Of a DNA stretch of 64,000 nucleotides, positions 43,601 through 58,600 are shown piece after piece. A program made the translations under genes and the position numbers. Position 1 is the first letter of the stretch. Every line of letters begins with the position of its first letter. The notes below the pieces were generated by a model. It saw only the letters and a list, made by a program, of their open reading frames with translations. It made no database searches and had not been told where the DNA came from. Source of the DNA: Eledone cirrhosa (Eukaryota); assembly GCA_964016885.1 (NCBI GenBank), contig OZ024744.1:28954001-29018000 (forward strand), written 5' to 3'.

Positions 43601-46600
43601 CACTATAAAGTAGTCATGAAGATGTCACAACAAAAAGCACCCAGTCCACACTGTAAAGTAGTCATGTAGCTGTCACAACAAAAAGCACCCAGTCCACAGT
43701 GAAAAGTAATCATGTAGGTGTCACAACAAAAATCACCCAGTCCACACTGTAAAGTAGTCATATTGGTGTCACAACAAAAAGCAGCCAGTCCACACTGTAA
43801 CGTGGTCATTTAGGTGTCATAACAAAAAGTACCCAAACCACACTGTAAGGTTGTCATGTAGGTGTCACAACAAAAAGCACCCAGTCCACACTGTAAAGTA
43901 GTCATGTAGGTGTCACAACAAAAAGCACCCAGTCCACACTGTAAAGTGGTCATGTAGGTGTCACAACAAAAGCACCCAGCCCACACTGTAAAGTAGTCAT
44001 GTAGATGTCACAACCAAAAGCACCCTGTCCACACTGTAAAATAGTCATGTAGGTGACACAAGAAAAAGCACCCAGTCCACACTGTAAAGTAGTCATGTAG
44101 GTGTCACAACAAAAAGCACCCAGTCCACACTGTAAAGTGGTCATTTATGTGTCACAACAAAAAGTACCCAGTCCACACTGTAAAGTGGTCATGTAGGTGT
44201 CTCAACAAAAAGGAACCCAATCCACACTGTAAAGTAGTCATGTAGGTGTCAAAACAAAAATCACCCAGTCCACACTGTAAAGTGGTCATGTAGATGTCAC
44301 AACAAAAGCACCCAGTCCACACTTTAAAGTGGTCATGTAGGTGTCACAACAAAAAGTACCCAGTCCACACTGTAAAGTATCATGTAGGCGTCACAACAAA
44401 AAGCACCTGGTCCACACTGTAAAGTGGTCATGTAGGTGTCACAACAAAATGTACCCAGTCCACACTGTAGAGTAGTCATGTAGGTGTCACAACAAAAAGT
44501 ACCCAGTCCACACCGTAAAGTGTTCATGTAGGTGCACAACAAACAGTACCCAGTTCACACTGTAAAGTAGTCATGTAGGTGTCACAATAAAAGGTACCCA
44601 GTCCACACTGTAAAGTGGGCATGTAGGTGTCACAACAAAACGCACCCAGTCCACACTGTAAAGTGGTCATGTAGGTGTCTCAACAAAAAGTACCCAGTCC
44701 ACACTGTAACGTAGCCATGTAGGTGTCACAACAAAAATCACCCAGTCCACACTGTAAAGTGGGCATTTAGGTGTCATATCAAAGAGGAACCCAGTCCAAA
44801 CTGTAAAGTAGTCATGTAGAGGTCACAACAAAAAGCACCCAGTCCACACTATAAAGTAGTCATGAAGATGTCACAACAAAAGCACCCAGTCGACACTGCA
44901 AAGTGGTCATGTAGGTGTCACAACAAAAAGTACCCAGTCCACACTGTAAAGTAGTCATGTAAGCGTCACAACAAAAAGCACCCAGTCCACACTATAAAGT
45001 TGTCATGTAGGTGTCACAATAAAAAGTACCCTCCACACTGTAAAGTGTTCATGTAGGTGTCACAACAAAAAGTACCCAGTCCACACTGTAAAGTAGTCAT
45101 GTGGGTGTCTCAACAAAAAGTACCCAGTCCACACTGTAAAGTAGTCGTGTAGGTATCACAGCAAAAAACACCCAGTCCACACTGTAAAGTAGCCATGTAG
45201 GTGTCACAACAAAAATCACCCAGTCCACACTGTAAAGTGGTGATTTAGGTGTCATATCAAAGAGGAACCGAGTCCAAACTGTAAAGTAGTCATGTAGAGG
45301 TCACAACAAAAAGCACACAGTCCACACTATAAAGTAGTCATGAAGATGTCACAACAAAAAGCACCCAGTCCACACTGTAAAGTAGTCATGTTGGTGTCAC
45401 AACAAAAAGCAGCCAGTCCACACTCTAAAGTAGTCATGTAGGTGTCACAACAAAAAGCACCCAGTCCACACTGTAAAGTGGTCATCTAGGTGTCACAACA
45501 AAGAGCACCCAGTCCACAGTGTAAAGTAGTCATGTAGGTGTCACTACAAAAAGCACCCAGTCCACACTGTAAAGTAGTCATGTAGGTGTCACAACAAAAG
45601 CACCCAGTCCACACTGCAAAGTGGTCATGTAGCTATCCCAACAAAAAGTACCCAGTCCACACTGTAAAGTGGTCATGTATGTGCCAAAACAAAAAAGTAC
45701 CCAGTCCACACTGTAAAGTCGTCATGTAGCTATCCCAACAAAAAGTACCCAGTCCACACTGTAAAGTAGTCATGTAGGTGTCACAACAAAAAGTACCCAG
45801 TCCACACAGTAAAGTGGTCATGTAGGTGCAAAAACAAAAGAGTACCCAGTCCACACTGTAAAGTCGTCATGTAGGTGTCACAACAAAAAGCACCCAGTCC
45901 ACACTGTAACATGGTCATGTAGGTGTCACAACAAAAAGCACCCAGTCCACACTGTAAAGTGGTCATGTAGGTGTCACAACAAAAGCACCCAGCCCACACT
46001 GTAAAGTGGTCATGTAGGTGTCACAACAAAACGTACCCAGTCCACACTGTAAACTAGTCATGTAGGTGTCACAACAAAAAGCACCCAGTCCACACTGTAA
46101 AGTGGACATGTAGGTGCCAAAACAAAAAAGTACCCAGTCCACACTCTAAAGTAGTCGTGTAGAAATCACACCAAAAAACACCCAGTCCACACTGTAAAGT
46201 GGTCATTTAGGTGTCATAACAAAAGTACCCAAACCACACTGTAAGATGGTCATGTAGGTGTCACAACAAAAAGCACCCTGTCACACTGTAAAGTAGTCAT
46301 GTAGGTGTCACAACCAAAAGCACACTGTCCACACTGTAAAATAGTCATGTAGGTGACACAAGAAAAAGCACCCAGTCCACACTGTAAAGTAGTCATGTAG
46401 GTGTCACAACAAAAAGCACCCAGCCCGCACTATAAAGTGGTCATGTAGGTGTCACAATAGAAAGTACCCTCCACACTGTAAAGTGGTCATGTAGGTGTCA
46501 CAACAAAAAGCACCCATTCCACACTGTAAAGTGGTCATGTAGGTGTCTCAACAAAAAGTACCCAGTCCACACTATAAAGTGGTCATGTAGGTTTCACAAT

Positions 46601-49600
46601 AAAAAGTACCCAGTCCACACTGTAAACTAGTCATGTAGCTGTCACAACAAAAAGCACCCAGTCCACCCTGTAAAGTGGACATGTAGGTGCCAAAACAAAA
46701 AAGTACCCAGTCCACACTCTAAAGCAGTCGTGTAGAAATCACACCAAAAAACACCCAGTCCACACTGTAAAGTCGTCATGTAGGTGTTACAACAAAAAGC
46801 ACCCAGTCCACACTGTAACGTGGTCATGTAGGTGTCACAACAAAAAGCATCCAGTCCTTACTGTAAAGTGGTCATGTAGGCGTCACGACAAAAAGCACCC
46901 AGTCCACACTATAAAGTGGTCACGTAGGTGTCACAACAAAAAGTACCCAGTCCAAACTGTAAAGTATTCATGTAGAGGTCACAACAACAAGCACCCAGTC
47001 CACACTATAAAGTAGTCATGAAGATGTCACAACAAAAAGCACCCAGTCCACACTGTAAAGTAGTCATGTAGCTGTCACAACAAAAAGCACCCAGTCCACA
47101 CTGAAAAGTAATCATGTAGGTGTCACAACAAAAATCACCCAGTCCACACTGTAAAGTAGTCATGTTGGTGTCACAACAAAAAGCAGCCAGTCCACACTGT
47201 AAATTGGTCATTTAGGTGTCATAACAAAAAGTACCCAAACCACACTGTAAGGTGGTCATGTAGGTGTCACAACGAAAAGCACCCAGTCACACTGTAAAGT
47301 GGTCATGTAGGTGTCACGACAAAAAGGACCCAGTCCACACTGTAAAGTGGTCATGTATGTGTCACAACAGAAAGTACCCAGTCCACACTGTAAAGTGGTA
47401 ACGTAGGTGTCACAACAAAAAGCACCCAGTCCACACCGTAAATGATCATGTAGAAATCACAACAAAAAGTACCCAGTCCACACTGTAAAGTGGTCATTTA
47501 GGTGTCATAACAAAAGTACCCAAACCACACTGTAAGATGGTCATGTAGGTGTCACAACAAAAAGCACCCTGTCACACTGTAAGGTAGTCATGTAGGTGTC
47601 ACAACCAAAAGCACACTGTCCACACTGTAAAATAGTCATGTAGGTGACACAAGAAAAAGCACCCAGTCCACACTGTAAAGTAGTCATGTAGGTGTCACAA
47701 CAAAAGTACCCAGTCCACACTGCAAAGTGGTCATGTAGGTGTCACAACAAAAAGTACCCAGTCCACACTGTAAAGTAGTCATGTAGGCGTCACAACAAAA
47801 AGCACCCAGCCCACACTATAAAGTGGTCATGTAGGTGTCACAATAGAAAGTACCCTCCACACTGTAAAGTGGTCATGTAGGTGTCACAACAAAAAGCACC
47901 CATTCCACACTGTAAAGTGGTCATGTAGGTGTCTCAACAAAAAGTACCCAGTCCACACTGTAAAGTAGTCATGTGGGTGTCTCAACAAAAAGTACCCAGT
48001 CCACACTGTAAAGTAGTCGTGTAGGTATGACAGCAAAAAACACCCAGTCCACACTGTAAAGTAGCCATGTAGGTGTCACAACAAAAGTCTCCCAGTTCAC
48101 ACTGTAAAGTGGTCATTTAGGTGTCATATCAAAGAGGAACCCAGTCCAAACTGTAAAGTAGTCATGTAGAGGTCACAATAAAAAGCACCCAGTCCACACT
48201 ATAAAGTAGTCATGAAGATGTCACAACAAAAAGCACCCAGTCCACACTGTAAAGTAGTCATGTAGCTGTCACAACAAAAAGCACCCAGTCCACAGTGAAA
48301 AGTAATCATGTAGGTGTCACAACAAAAATCACCCAGTCCACACTGTAAAGTAGTCATATTGGTGTCACAACAAAAAGCAGCCAGTCCACACTGTAAAGTG
48401 GTCATTTAGGTGTCATAACAAAAAGTACCCAAACCACACTGTAAGGTTGTCATGTAGGTGTCACAACAAAAAGCACCCAGTCCACACTGTAAAGTGGTCA
48501 TGTAGGTGTCACAACAGAAAGTACCCAGTCCACACTGTAAAGTGGTAATGTAGGTGTCACAACAAAAAGCACCCAGTCCACACTGTAAATGATCATGTAG
48601 GAGACACAACAAAAAGTACCCAGTCCACACTGTAAAGTGGTCATTTAGGTGTCATAACAAAAAGCACCCAGTCCAAACTGTAAAGTAGTCATGTAGATGT
48701 CACAACCAAAAGCACCCTGTCCACACTGTAAAATAGTCATGTAGGTGACACAAGAAAAAGCACCCAGTCCACACTGTAAAGTAGTCATGTAGGTGTCAGA
48801 ACAAAAGCACCCAGTCGACACTGCAAAGTGGTCATGTAGGTGTCACAACAAAAAGTACCCAGTCCACACTGTAAAGTAGTCATGTAAGCGTCACAACAAA
48901 AAGCACCCAGTCCACACTATAAAGTTGTCATGTAGGTGTCACAATAAAAAGTACCCTCCACACTGTAAAGTGTTCATGTAGGTGTCACAACAAAAAGTAC
49001 CCAGTCCACACTGTAAAGTAGTCATGTGGGTGTCTCAACAAAAAGTACCCAGTCCACACTGTAAAGTAGTCGTGTAGGTATCACAGCAAAAAACACCCAG
49101 TCCACACTGTAAAGTAGCCATGTAGGTGTCACAACAAAAATCACCCAGTCCACACTGTAAAGTGGTGATTTAGGTGTCATATCAAAGAGGAACCGAGTCC
49201 AAACTGTAAAGTAGTCATGTAGAGGTCACAACAAAAAGCACCCAGTCCACACTATAAAGTAGTCATGAAGATGTCACAACAAAAAGCACCCAGTCCACAC
49301 TGTAAAGTAGTCATGTTGGTGTCACAACAAAAAGCAGCCAGTCCACACTCTAAAGTAGTCATGTAGGTGTCACAACAAAAAGCACCCAGTCCACACTGTA
49401 AAGTGGTCATCTAGGTGTCACAACAAAGAGCACCCAGTCCACAGTGTAAAGTAGTCATGTAGGTGTCACAACAAAACGTACCCAGTCCACACTGTAAACT
49501 AGTCATGTAGGTGTCACAACAAAAAGCACCCAGTCCACACTGTAAAGTGGACATGTAGGTGCCAAAACAAAAAAGTACCCAGTCCACACTCTAAAGTAGT

Positions 49601-52600
49601 CGTGTAGAAATCACACCAAAAAACACCCAGTCCACACTGTAAAGTCGTCATGTAGGTGTCACAATGAAAAGCACCCAGTCCACACTGTAAATGATCATGT
49701 AGAAATCACAACAAAAAGTACCCAGTCCACACTGTAAAGTGGTCATTTAGGTGTCATAACAAAAGTACCCAAACCACACTGTAAGATGGTCATGTAGGTG
49801 TCACAACAAAAAGCACCCTGTCACACTGTAAAGTAGTCATGTAGGTGTCACAACCAAAAGCACACTGTCCACACTGTAAAATAGTCATGTAGGTGACACA
49901 AGAAAAAGCACCCAGTCCACACTGTAAAGTAGTCATGTAGGTGTCACAACAAAAGTACCCAGTCCACACTGCAAAGTGGTCATGTAGGTGTCACAACAAA
50001 AAGTACCCAGTCCACACTGTAAAGTAGTCATGTAGGCGTCACAACAAAAAGCACCCAGCCCACACTATAAAGTGGACATGTAGGTGTCACAATAGAAAGT
50101 ACCCTCCACACTGTAAAGTGGTCATGTAGGTGTCACAACAAAAAGCACCCATTCCACACTGTAAAGTGGTCATGTAGGTGTCTCAACAAAAAGTACCCAG
50201 TCCACACTGTAAAGTAGTCATGTGGGTGTCTCAACAAAAAGTACCCAGTCCACACTGTAAAGTAGTCGTGTAGGTATGACAGCAAAAAACACCCAGTCCA
50301 CACTGTAAAGTAGCCATGTAGGTGTCACAACAAAAGTCTCCCAGTTCACACTGTAAAGTGGTCATTTAGGTGTCATATCAAAGAGGAACCCAGTCCAAAC
50401 TGTAAAGTAGTCATTTAGAGGTCACAATAAAAAGCACCCAGTCCACACTATAAAGTAGTCATGAAGATGTCACAACAAAAAGCACCCAGTCCACACTGTA
50501 AAGTAGTCATGTAGGTGTCACAACAAAAAGCACCCAGTCCACACTGAAAAGTAATTATGTAGGCGTCACAACAAAAATCACCCAGTCCACACTGTAAAGT
50601 AGTCATGTTGGTGTCACAACAAAAAGCAGCCAGTCCACACTGTAAAGTGGTCATTTAGGTGTCATAACAAAAAGTACCCAAACCACACTGTAAGGTGGTC
50701 ATGTAGGTGTCACAACAAAAAGCACCCAGTCACACTGTAAAGTAGTCATGTAGGTGTCACAACCAAAAGCACCCTGTCCACACTGTAAAATAGTCATGTA
50801 GGTGACATAAGAAAAAGCACCCAGTCCACACTGTAAAGTAGTCATGTAGGTGTCACAACAAAAGCACCCAGTCCACACTGCAAAGTGGTCATGTAGCTAT
50901 CCCAACGTAAAGTACCCAGTCCACACTGTAAAGTGGTCATGTATGTGCCAAAACAAAAAAGTACCCAGTCCACACTGTAAAGTCGTCATGTAGGTGTCAC
51001 AACAAAAAGCACCCAGTCCACACTGTAAAGTGGTCATGTAGGTGACACAACAAAAGCACCCAGCCCACACTGTAAAGTGGTCATGTAGGTGTCACAACAA
51101 AAAGTACCCAGTCCACACTGTAAAGTAGTCATGTAAGCGTCACAACAAAAAGCACCCAGTCCACACTATAAAGTGGTCATGTACGTTTCACAATAAAAAG
51201 TACCCAGTCCACACTGTAAACTAGTCATGTAGCTGTCACAACAAAAAGCACCCAGTCCACCCTGTAAAGTGGACATGTAGGTGCCAAAACAAAAAAGTAC
51301 CCAGTCCACACTCTAAAGTAGTCGTGTAGAAATCACACCAAAAAACACCCAGTCCACACTGTAAAGTCGTCATGTAGGTGTTACAACAAAAAGCACCCAG
51401 TCCACACTGTAACGTGGTCATGTAGGTGTCACAACAAAAAGCACCCAGTCCTTACTGTAAAGTGGTCATGTAGGCGTCACGACAAAAAGCACCCAGTCCA
51501 CACTATAAAGTGGTCACGTAGGTGTCACAACAAAAAGTACCCAGTCCAAACTGTAAAGTATTCATGTAGAGGTCACAACAACAAGCACCCAGTCCACACT
51601 ATAAAGTAGTCATGAAGATGTCACAACAAAAAGCACCCAGTCCACACTGTAAAGTAGTCATGTAGCTGTCACAACAAAAAGCACCCAGTCCACACTGAAA
51701 AGTAATCATGTAGGTGTCACAACAAAAATCACCCAGTCCACACTGTAAAGTAGTCATGTTGGTGTCACAACAAAAAGCAGCCAGTCCACACTGTAAATTG
51801 GTCATTTAGGTGTCATAACAAAAAGTACCCAAACCACACTGTAAGGTGGTCATGTAGGTGTCACAACGAAAAGCACCCAGTCACACTGTAAAGTGGTCAT
51901 GTAGGTGTCACGACAAAAAGGACCCAGTCCACACTGTAAAGTGGTCATGTATGTGTCACAACAGAAAGTACCCAGTCCACACTGTAAAGTGGTAACGTAG
52001 GTGTCACAACAAAAAACACCCAGTCCACACTGTAAATGATCATGTAGAAATCACAACAAAAAGTACCCAGTCCACACTGTAAAGTGGTCATTTAGGTGTC
52101 ATAACAAAAGTACCCAAACCACACTGTAAGATGGTCATGTAGGTGTCACAACAAAAAGCACCCTGTCACACTGTAAAGTAGTCATGTAGGTGTCACAACC
52201 AAAAGCACACTGTCCACACTGTAAAATAGTCATGTAGGTGACACAAGAAAAAGCACCCAGTCCACACTGTAAAGTGGTCATGTAGGTGTCACAACAAAAG
52301 TACCCAGTCTACACTGCAAAGTGGTCATGTAGGTGTCACAACCAAAAGTACCCAGTCCACACTGTAAAGTAGTCATGTAGGCGTCACAACAAAAAGCACC
52401 CAGCCCACACTATAAAGTGGTCATGTAGGTGTCACAATAGAAAGTACCCTCCACACTGTAAAGTGGTCATGTAGGTGTCACAACAAAAAGCACCCATTCC
52501 ACACTGTAAAGTGGTCATGTAGGTGTCTCAACAAAAAGTACCCAGTCCACACTGTAAAGTAGTCATGTGGGTGTCTCAACAAAAAGTACCCAGTCCACAC

Positions 52601-55600
52601 TGTAAAGTAGTCGTGTAGGTATGACAGCAAAAAACACCCAGTCCACACTGTAAAGTAGCCATGTAGGTGTCACAACAAAAGTCTCCCAGTTCACACTGTA
52701 AAGTGGTCATTTAGGTGTCATATCAAAGAGGAACCCAGTCCAAACTGTAAAGTAGTCATGTAGAGGTCACAATAAAAAGCACCCAGTCCACACTATAAAG
52801 TAGTCATGAAGATGTCACAACAAAAAGCACCCAGTCCACACTGTAAAGTAGTCATGTAGCTGTCACGACAAAAAGCACCCAGTCCACAGTGAAAAGTAAT
52901 CATGTAGGTGTCACAACAAAAATCACCCAGTCCACACTGTAAAGTAGTCATATTGGTGTCACAACAAAAAGCAGCCAGTCCACACTGTAAAGTGTTCATT
53001 TAGGTGTCATAACAAAAAGTACCCAAACCACACTGTAAGGTTGTCATGTAGGTGTCACAACTGAAAGTACCCAGTCCACACTGTAAAGTGGTAATGTAGG
53101 TGTCACAACAAAAAGCACCCAGTCCACACTGTAAATGATCATGTAGGAGACACAACAAAAAGTACCCAGTCCACACTGTAAAGTGGTCGTTTAGGTGTCA
53201 TAACAAAAAGCACCCAGTCCAAACTGTAAAGTAGTCATGTAGATGTCACAACCAAAAGCACCCTGTCCACACTGTAAAATAGTCATGTAGGTGACACAAG
53301 AAAAAGCACCCAGTCCACACTGTAAAGTAGTCATGTAGGTGTCACAACAAAAGCACCCAGTCGACACTGCAAAGTGGTTATGTAGGTGTCACAACAAAAA
53401 GTACCCAGTCCACACTGTAAAGTAGTCATGTAAGCGTCACAACAAAAAGCACCCAGTCCACACTATAAAGTTGTCATGTAGCTGTCACAATAAAAAGTAC
53501 CCTCCACACTGTAAAGTGTTCATGTAGGTGTCACAACAAAAAGTACCCAGTCCACACTGTAAAGTAGTCATGTGGGTGTCTCAACAAAATGTACCCAGTC
53601 CACACTGTAAAGTAGTCGTGTAGGTATCACAGCAAAAATCACCCAGTCCACACTGTAAAGTGGTGATTTAGGTGTCATATCAAAGAGGAACCGAGTCCAA
53701 ACTGTAAAGTAGTCATGTAGAGGTCACAACAAAAAGCACACAGTCCACACTATAAAGTAGTCATGAAGATGTCACAACAAAAAGCACCCAGTCCACACTG
53801 TAAAGTAGTCATGTTGGTGTCACAACAAAAAGCAGCCAGTCCACACTCTAAAGTAGTCATGTAGGTGTCACAACAAAAAGCACCCAGTCTACACTGTAAA
53901 GTGGTCATCTAGGTGTCACAACAAAGAGCACCCAGTCCACAGTGTAAAGTAGTCATGTAGGTGTCACTACAAAAAGCACACAGTCCACACTGTAAAGTAG
54001 TCATGTAGGTGTCACAACAAAAGCACCCAGTCCACACTGCAAAGTGGTCATGTAGCTATCCCAACAAAAAGTACCCAGTCCACACTGTAAAGTGGTCATG
54101 TATGTGCCAAAACAAAAAAGTACCCAGTCCACACTGTAAAGTCGTCATGTAGCTATCCCAACAAAAAGTACCCAGTCCACACTGTAAAGTAGTCATGTAG
54201 GTGTCACAACAAAAAGTACCCAGTCCACACAGTAAAGTGGTCATGTAGGTGCAAAAACAAAAGAGTACCCAGTCCACACTGTAAAGTCGTCATGTAGGTG
54301 TCACAACAAAAAGCACCCAGTCCACACTGTAACATGGTCATGTAGGTGTCACAACAAAAAGCACCCAGTCCACACTGTAAAGTGGTCATGTAGGTGTCAC
54401 AACAAAAGCACCCAGCCCACACTGTAAAGTGGTCATGTAGGTGTCACAACAAAACGTACCCAGTCCACACTGTAAACTAGTCATGTAGGTGTCACAACAA
54501 AAAGCACCCAGTCCACACTGTAAAGTGGACATGTAGGTGCCAAACCAAAAATTACCCAGTCCACACTCTAAAGTAGTCGTGTAGAAATCACGCCAAAAAA
54601 CACCCAGTCCACACTGTAAAGTCGTCATGTAGGTGTCACAACAAAAAGCACCCAGTCCACACTATAAATGATCATGTAGAAATCACAACAAAAAGTACCC
54701 AGTCCACACTGTAAAGTGGTCATTTAGGTGTCATAACAAAAGTACCCAAACCACACTGTAAGATGGTCATGTAGGTGTCACAACAAAAAGCACCCTGTCA
54801 CACTGTAAAGTAGTCATGTAGGTGTCACAACCAAAAGCACCCTGTCCACACTGTAAAATAGTCATGTAGGTGACATAAGAAAAAGCACCCAGTCCACACT
54901 GTAAAGTAGTCATGTAGGTGTCACAACAAAAGCACCCAGTCCACACTGCAAAGTGGTCATGTAGCTATCCCAACAAAAAGTACCCAGTCCACACTGTAAA
55001 GTGGTCATGTATGTGCCAAAACAAAAAAGTACCCAGTCCACACTGTAAAGTCGTCATGTAGGTGTCACAACAAAAAGCACCCAGTCCACACTGTAAAGTG
55101 GTCATGTAGGTGTCACAACAAAAAGTACCCAGTCCACACTGTAAAGTAGTCATGTAAGCGTCACAACAAAAAGCACCCAGTCCACACTATAAAGTGGTCA
55201 TGTACGTTTCACAATAAAAAGTACCCAGTCCACACTGTAAACTAGTCATGTAGCTGTCACAACAAAAAGCACCCAGTCCACCCTGTAAAGTGGACATGTA
55301 GGTGCCAAAACAAAAAAGTACCCAGTCCACACTCTAAAGTTGTCGTGTAGAAATCACACCAAAAAACACCCAGTCCACACTGTAAAGTCGTCATGTAGGT
55401 GTTACAACAAAAAGCACCCAGTCCACACTGTAACGTGGTCATGTAGGTGTCACAACAAAAAGCACACAGTCCTTACTGTAAAGTGGTCATGTAGGCGTCA
55501 CGACAAAAAGCACCCAGTCCACACTATAAAGTGGTCACGTAGGTGTCACAACAAAAATCACCCAGTCCAAACTGTAAAGTATTCATGTAGAGGTCACAAC

Positions 55601-58600
55601 AACAAGCACCCAGTCCATACTATAAAGTAGTCATGAAGATGTCACAACAAAAAGCACCCAGTCCACACTGTAAAGTAGTCATGTAGCTGTCACAACAAAA
55701 AGCACCCAGTCCACACTGAAAAGTAATCATGTAGGTGTCACAACAAAAATCACCCAGTCCACACTGTAAAGTAGTCATGTTGGTGTCACAACAAAAAGCA
55801 GCCAGTCCACACTGTAAATTGGTCATTTAGGTGTCATAACAAAAAGAACCCAAACCACACTGTAAGGTGGTCATGTAGGTGTCACAACGAAAAGCACCCA
55901 GTCACACTGTAAAGTGGTCATGTAGGTGTCACGACAAAAAGGACCCAGTCCACACTGTAAAGTGGTCATGTATGTGTCACAACAGAAAGTACCCAGTCCA
56001 CACTGTAAAGTGGTAACGTAGGTGTCACAACAAAAAGCACCCAGTCCACACTGTAAATGATCATGTAGAAATCACAACAAAAAGTACCCAGTCCACACTG
56101 TAAAGTGGTCATTTAGGTGTCATAACAAAAGTACCCAAACCACACTGTAAGATGGTCATGTAGGTGTCACAACAAAAAGCACCCTGTCACACTGTAAAGT
56201 AGTCATGTAGGTGTCACAACCAAAAGCACACTGTCCACACTGTAAAATAGTCATGTAGGTGACACAAGAAAAAGCACCCAGTCCACACTGTAAAGTAGTC
56301 ATGTAGGTGTCACAACAAAAGTACCCAGTCCACACTGCAAAGTGGTCATGTAGGTGTCACAACAAAAAGTACCCAGTCCACACTGTAAAGTAGTCATGTA
56401 GGCGTCACGACAAAAAGCACCCAGCCCACACTATAAAGTGGTCATGTAGGTGTCACAATAGAAAGTACCCTCCACACTGTAAAGTGGTCATGTAGGTGTC
56501 ACAACAAAAAGCACCCATTCCACACTGTAAAGTGGTCATGTAGGTGTCTCAACAAAAAGTACCCAGTCCACACTGTAAAGTAGTCATGTGGGTGTCTCAA
56601 CAAAATGTACCCAGTCCACACTGTAAAGTAGTCGTGTAGGTATGACAGCAAAAAACACCCAGTCCACACTGTAAAGTAGCCATGTAGGTGTCACAACAAA
56701 AGTCTCCCAGTTCACACTGTAAAGTGGTCATTTAGGTGTCATATCAAAGAGGAACCCAGTCCAAACTGTAAAGTAGTCATGTAGAGGTCACAATAAAAAG
56801 CACCCAGTCCACACTATAAAGTAGTCATGAAGATGTCACAACAAAAAGCACCCAGTCCACACTGTAAAGTAGTCATGTAGCTGTCACAACAAAAAGCACC
56901 CAGTCCACAGTGAAAAGTAATCATGTAGGTGTCACAACAAAAATCACCCAGTCCACACTGTAAAGTAGTCATATTGGTGTCACAACAAAAAGCAGCCAGT
57001 CCACACTGTAAAGTGGTCATTTAGGTGTCATAACAAAAAGTACCCAAACCACACTGTAAGGTTGTCATGTAGGTGTCACAACAAAAAGCACCCAGTCCAC
57101 ACTGTAAAGTGGTCATGTAGGTGTCACAACAGAAAGTACCCAGTCCACACTGTAAAGTGGTAATGTAGGTGTCACAACAAAAAGCACCCAGTCCACACTG
57201 TAAATGATCATGTAGGAGACACAACAAAAAGTACCCAGTCCACACTGTAAAGTGGTCATTTAGGTGTCATAACAAAAAGCACCCAGTCCAAACTGTAAAG
57301 TAGTCATGTAGATGTCACAACCAAAAGCACCCTGTCCACACTGTAAAATAGTCATGTAGGTGACACAAGAAAAAGCACCCAGTCCACACTGTAAAGTAGT
57401 CATGTAGGTGTCACAACAAAAGCACCCAGTCGACACTGCAAAGTGGTTATGTAGGTGTCACAACAAAAAGTACCCAGTCCACACTGTAAAGTAGTCATGT
57501 AAGCGTCACAACAAAATGCACCCAGTCCACACTATAAAGTTGTCATGTAGGTGTCACAATAAAAAGTACCCTACACACTGTAAAGTGTTCATGTAGGTGT
57601 CACAACAAAAAGTACCCAGTCCACACTGTAAAGTAGTCATGTGGGTGTCTCAACAAAATGTACCCAGTCCACACTGTAAAGTAGTCGTGTAGGTATCACA
57701 GCAAAAAACACCCAGTCCACACTGTAAAGTAGCCATGTAGGTGTCACAAAAAAATCACCCAGTCCACACTGTAAAGTGGTGATTTAGGTGTCATATCAAA
57801 GAGGAACCGAGTCCAAACTGTAAAGTAGTCATGTAGAGGTCACAACAAAAAGCACACAGTCCACACTATAAAGTAGTCATGAAGATCTCACAACAAAAAG
57901 CACCCAGTCCACACTGTAAAGTGGTCATTTAGGTGTCATAACAAAAGTACCCAAACCACACTGTAAGATGGTCATGTAGGTGTCACAACAAAAAGCACCC
58001 TGTCACACTGTAAAGTAGTCATGTAGGTGTCACAACCAAAAGCACCCTGTCCACACTGTAAAATAGTCATGTAGGTGACATAAGAAAAAGCACCCAGTCC
58101 ACACTGTAAAGTAGTCATGTAGGTGTCACAACAAAAGCACCCAGTCCACACTGCAAAGTGGTCATGTAGCTATCCCAACAAAAAGTACCCAGTCCACACT
58201 GTAAAGTGGTCATGTATGTGCCAAAACAAAAAAGTACCCAGTCCACACTGTAAAGTCGTCATGTAGCTATCCCAACAAAAAGTACCCAGTCCACACTGTA
58301 AAGTAGTCATGTAGGTGTCACAACAAAAAGTACCCAGTCCACACAGTAAAGTGGTCATGTAGGTGCAAAAACAAAAGAGTACCCAGTCCACACTGTAAAG
58401 TCGTCATGTAGGTGTCACAACAAAAAGCACCCAGTCCACACTGTAACATGGTCATGTAGGTGTCACAACAAAAAGCACCCAGTCCACACTGTAAAGTGGT
58501 CATGTAGGTGTCACAACAAAAGCACCCAGCCCACACTGTAAAGTGGTCATGTAGGTGTCACAACAAAACGTACCCAGTCCACACTGTAAACTAGTCATGT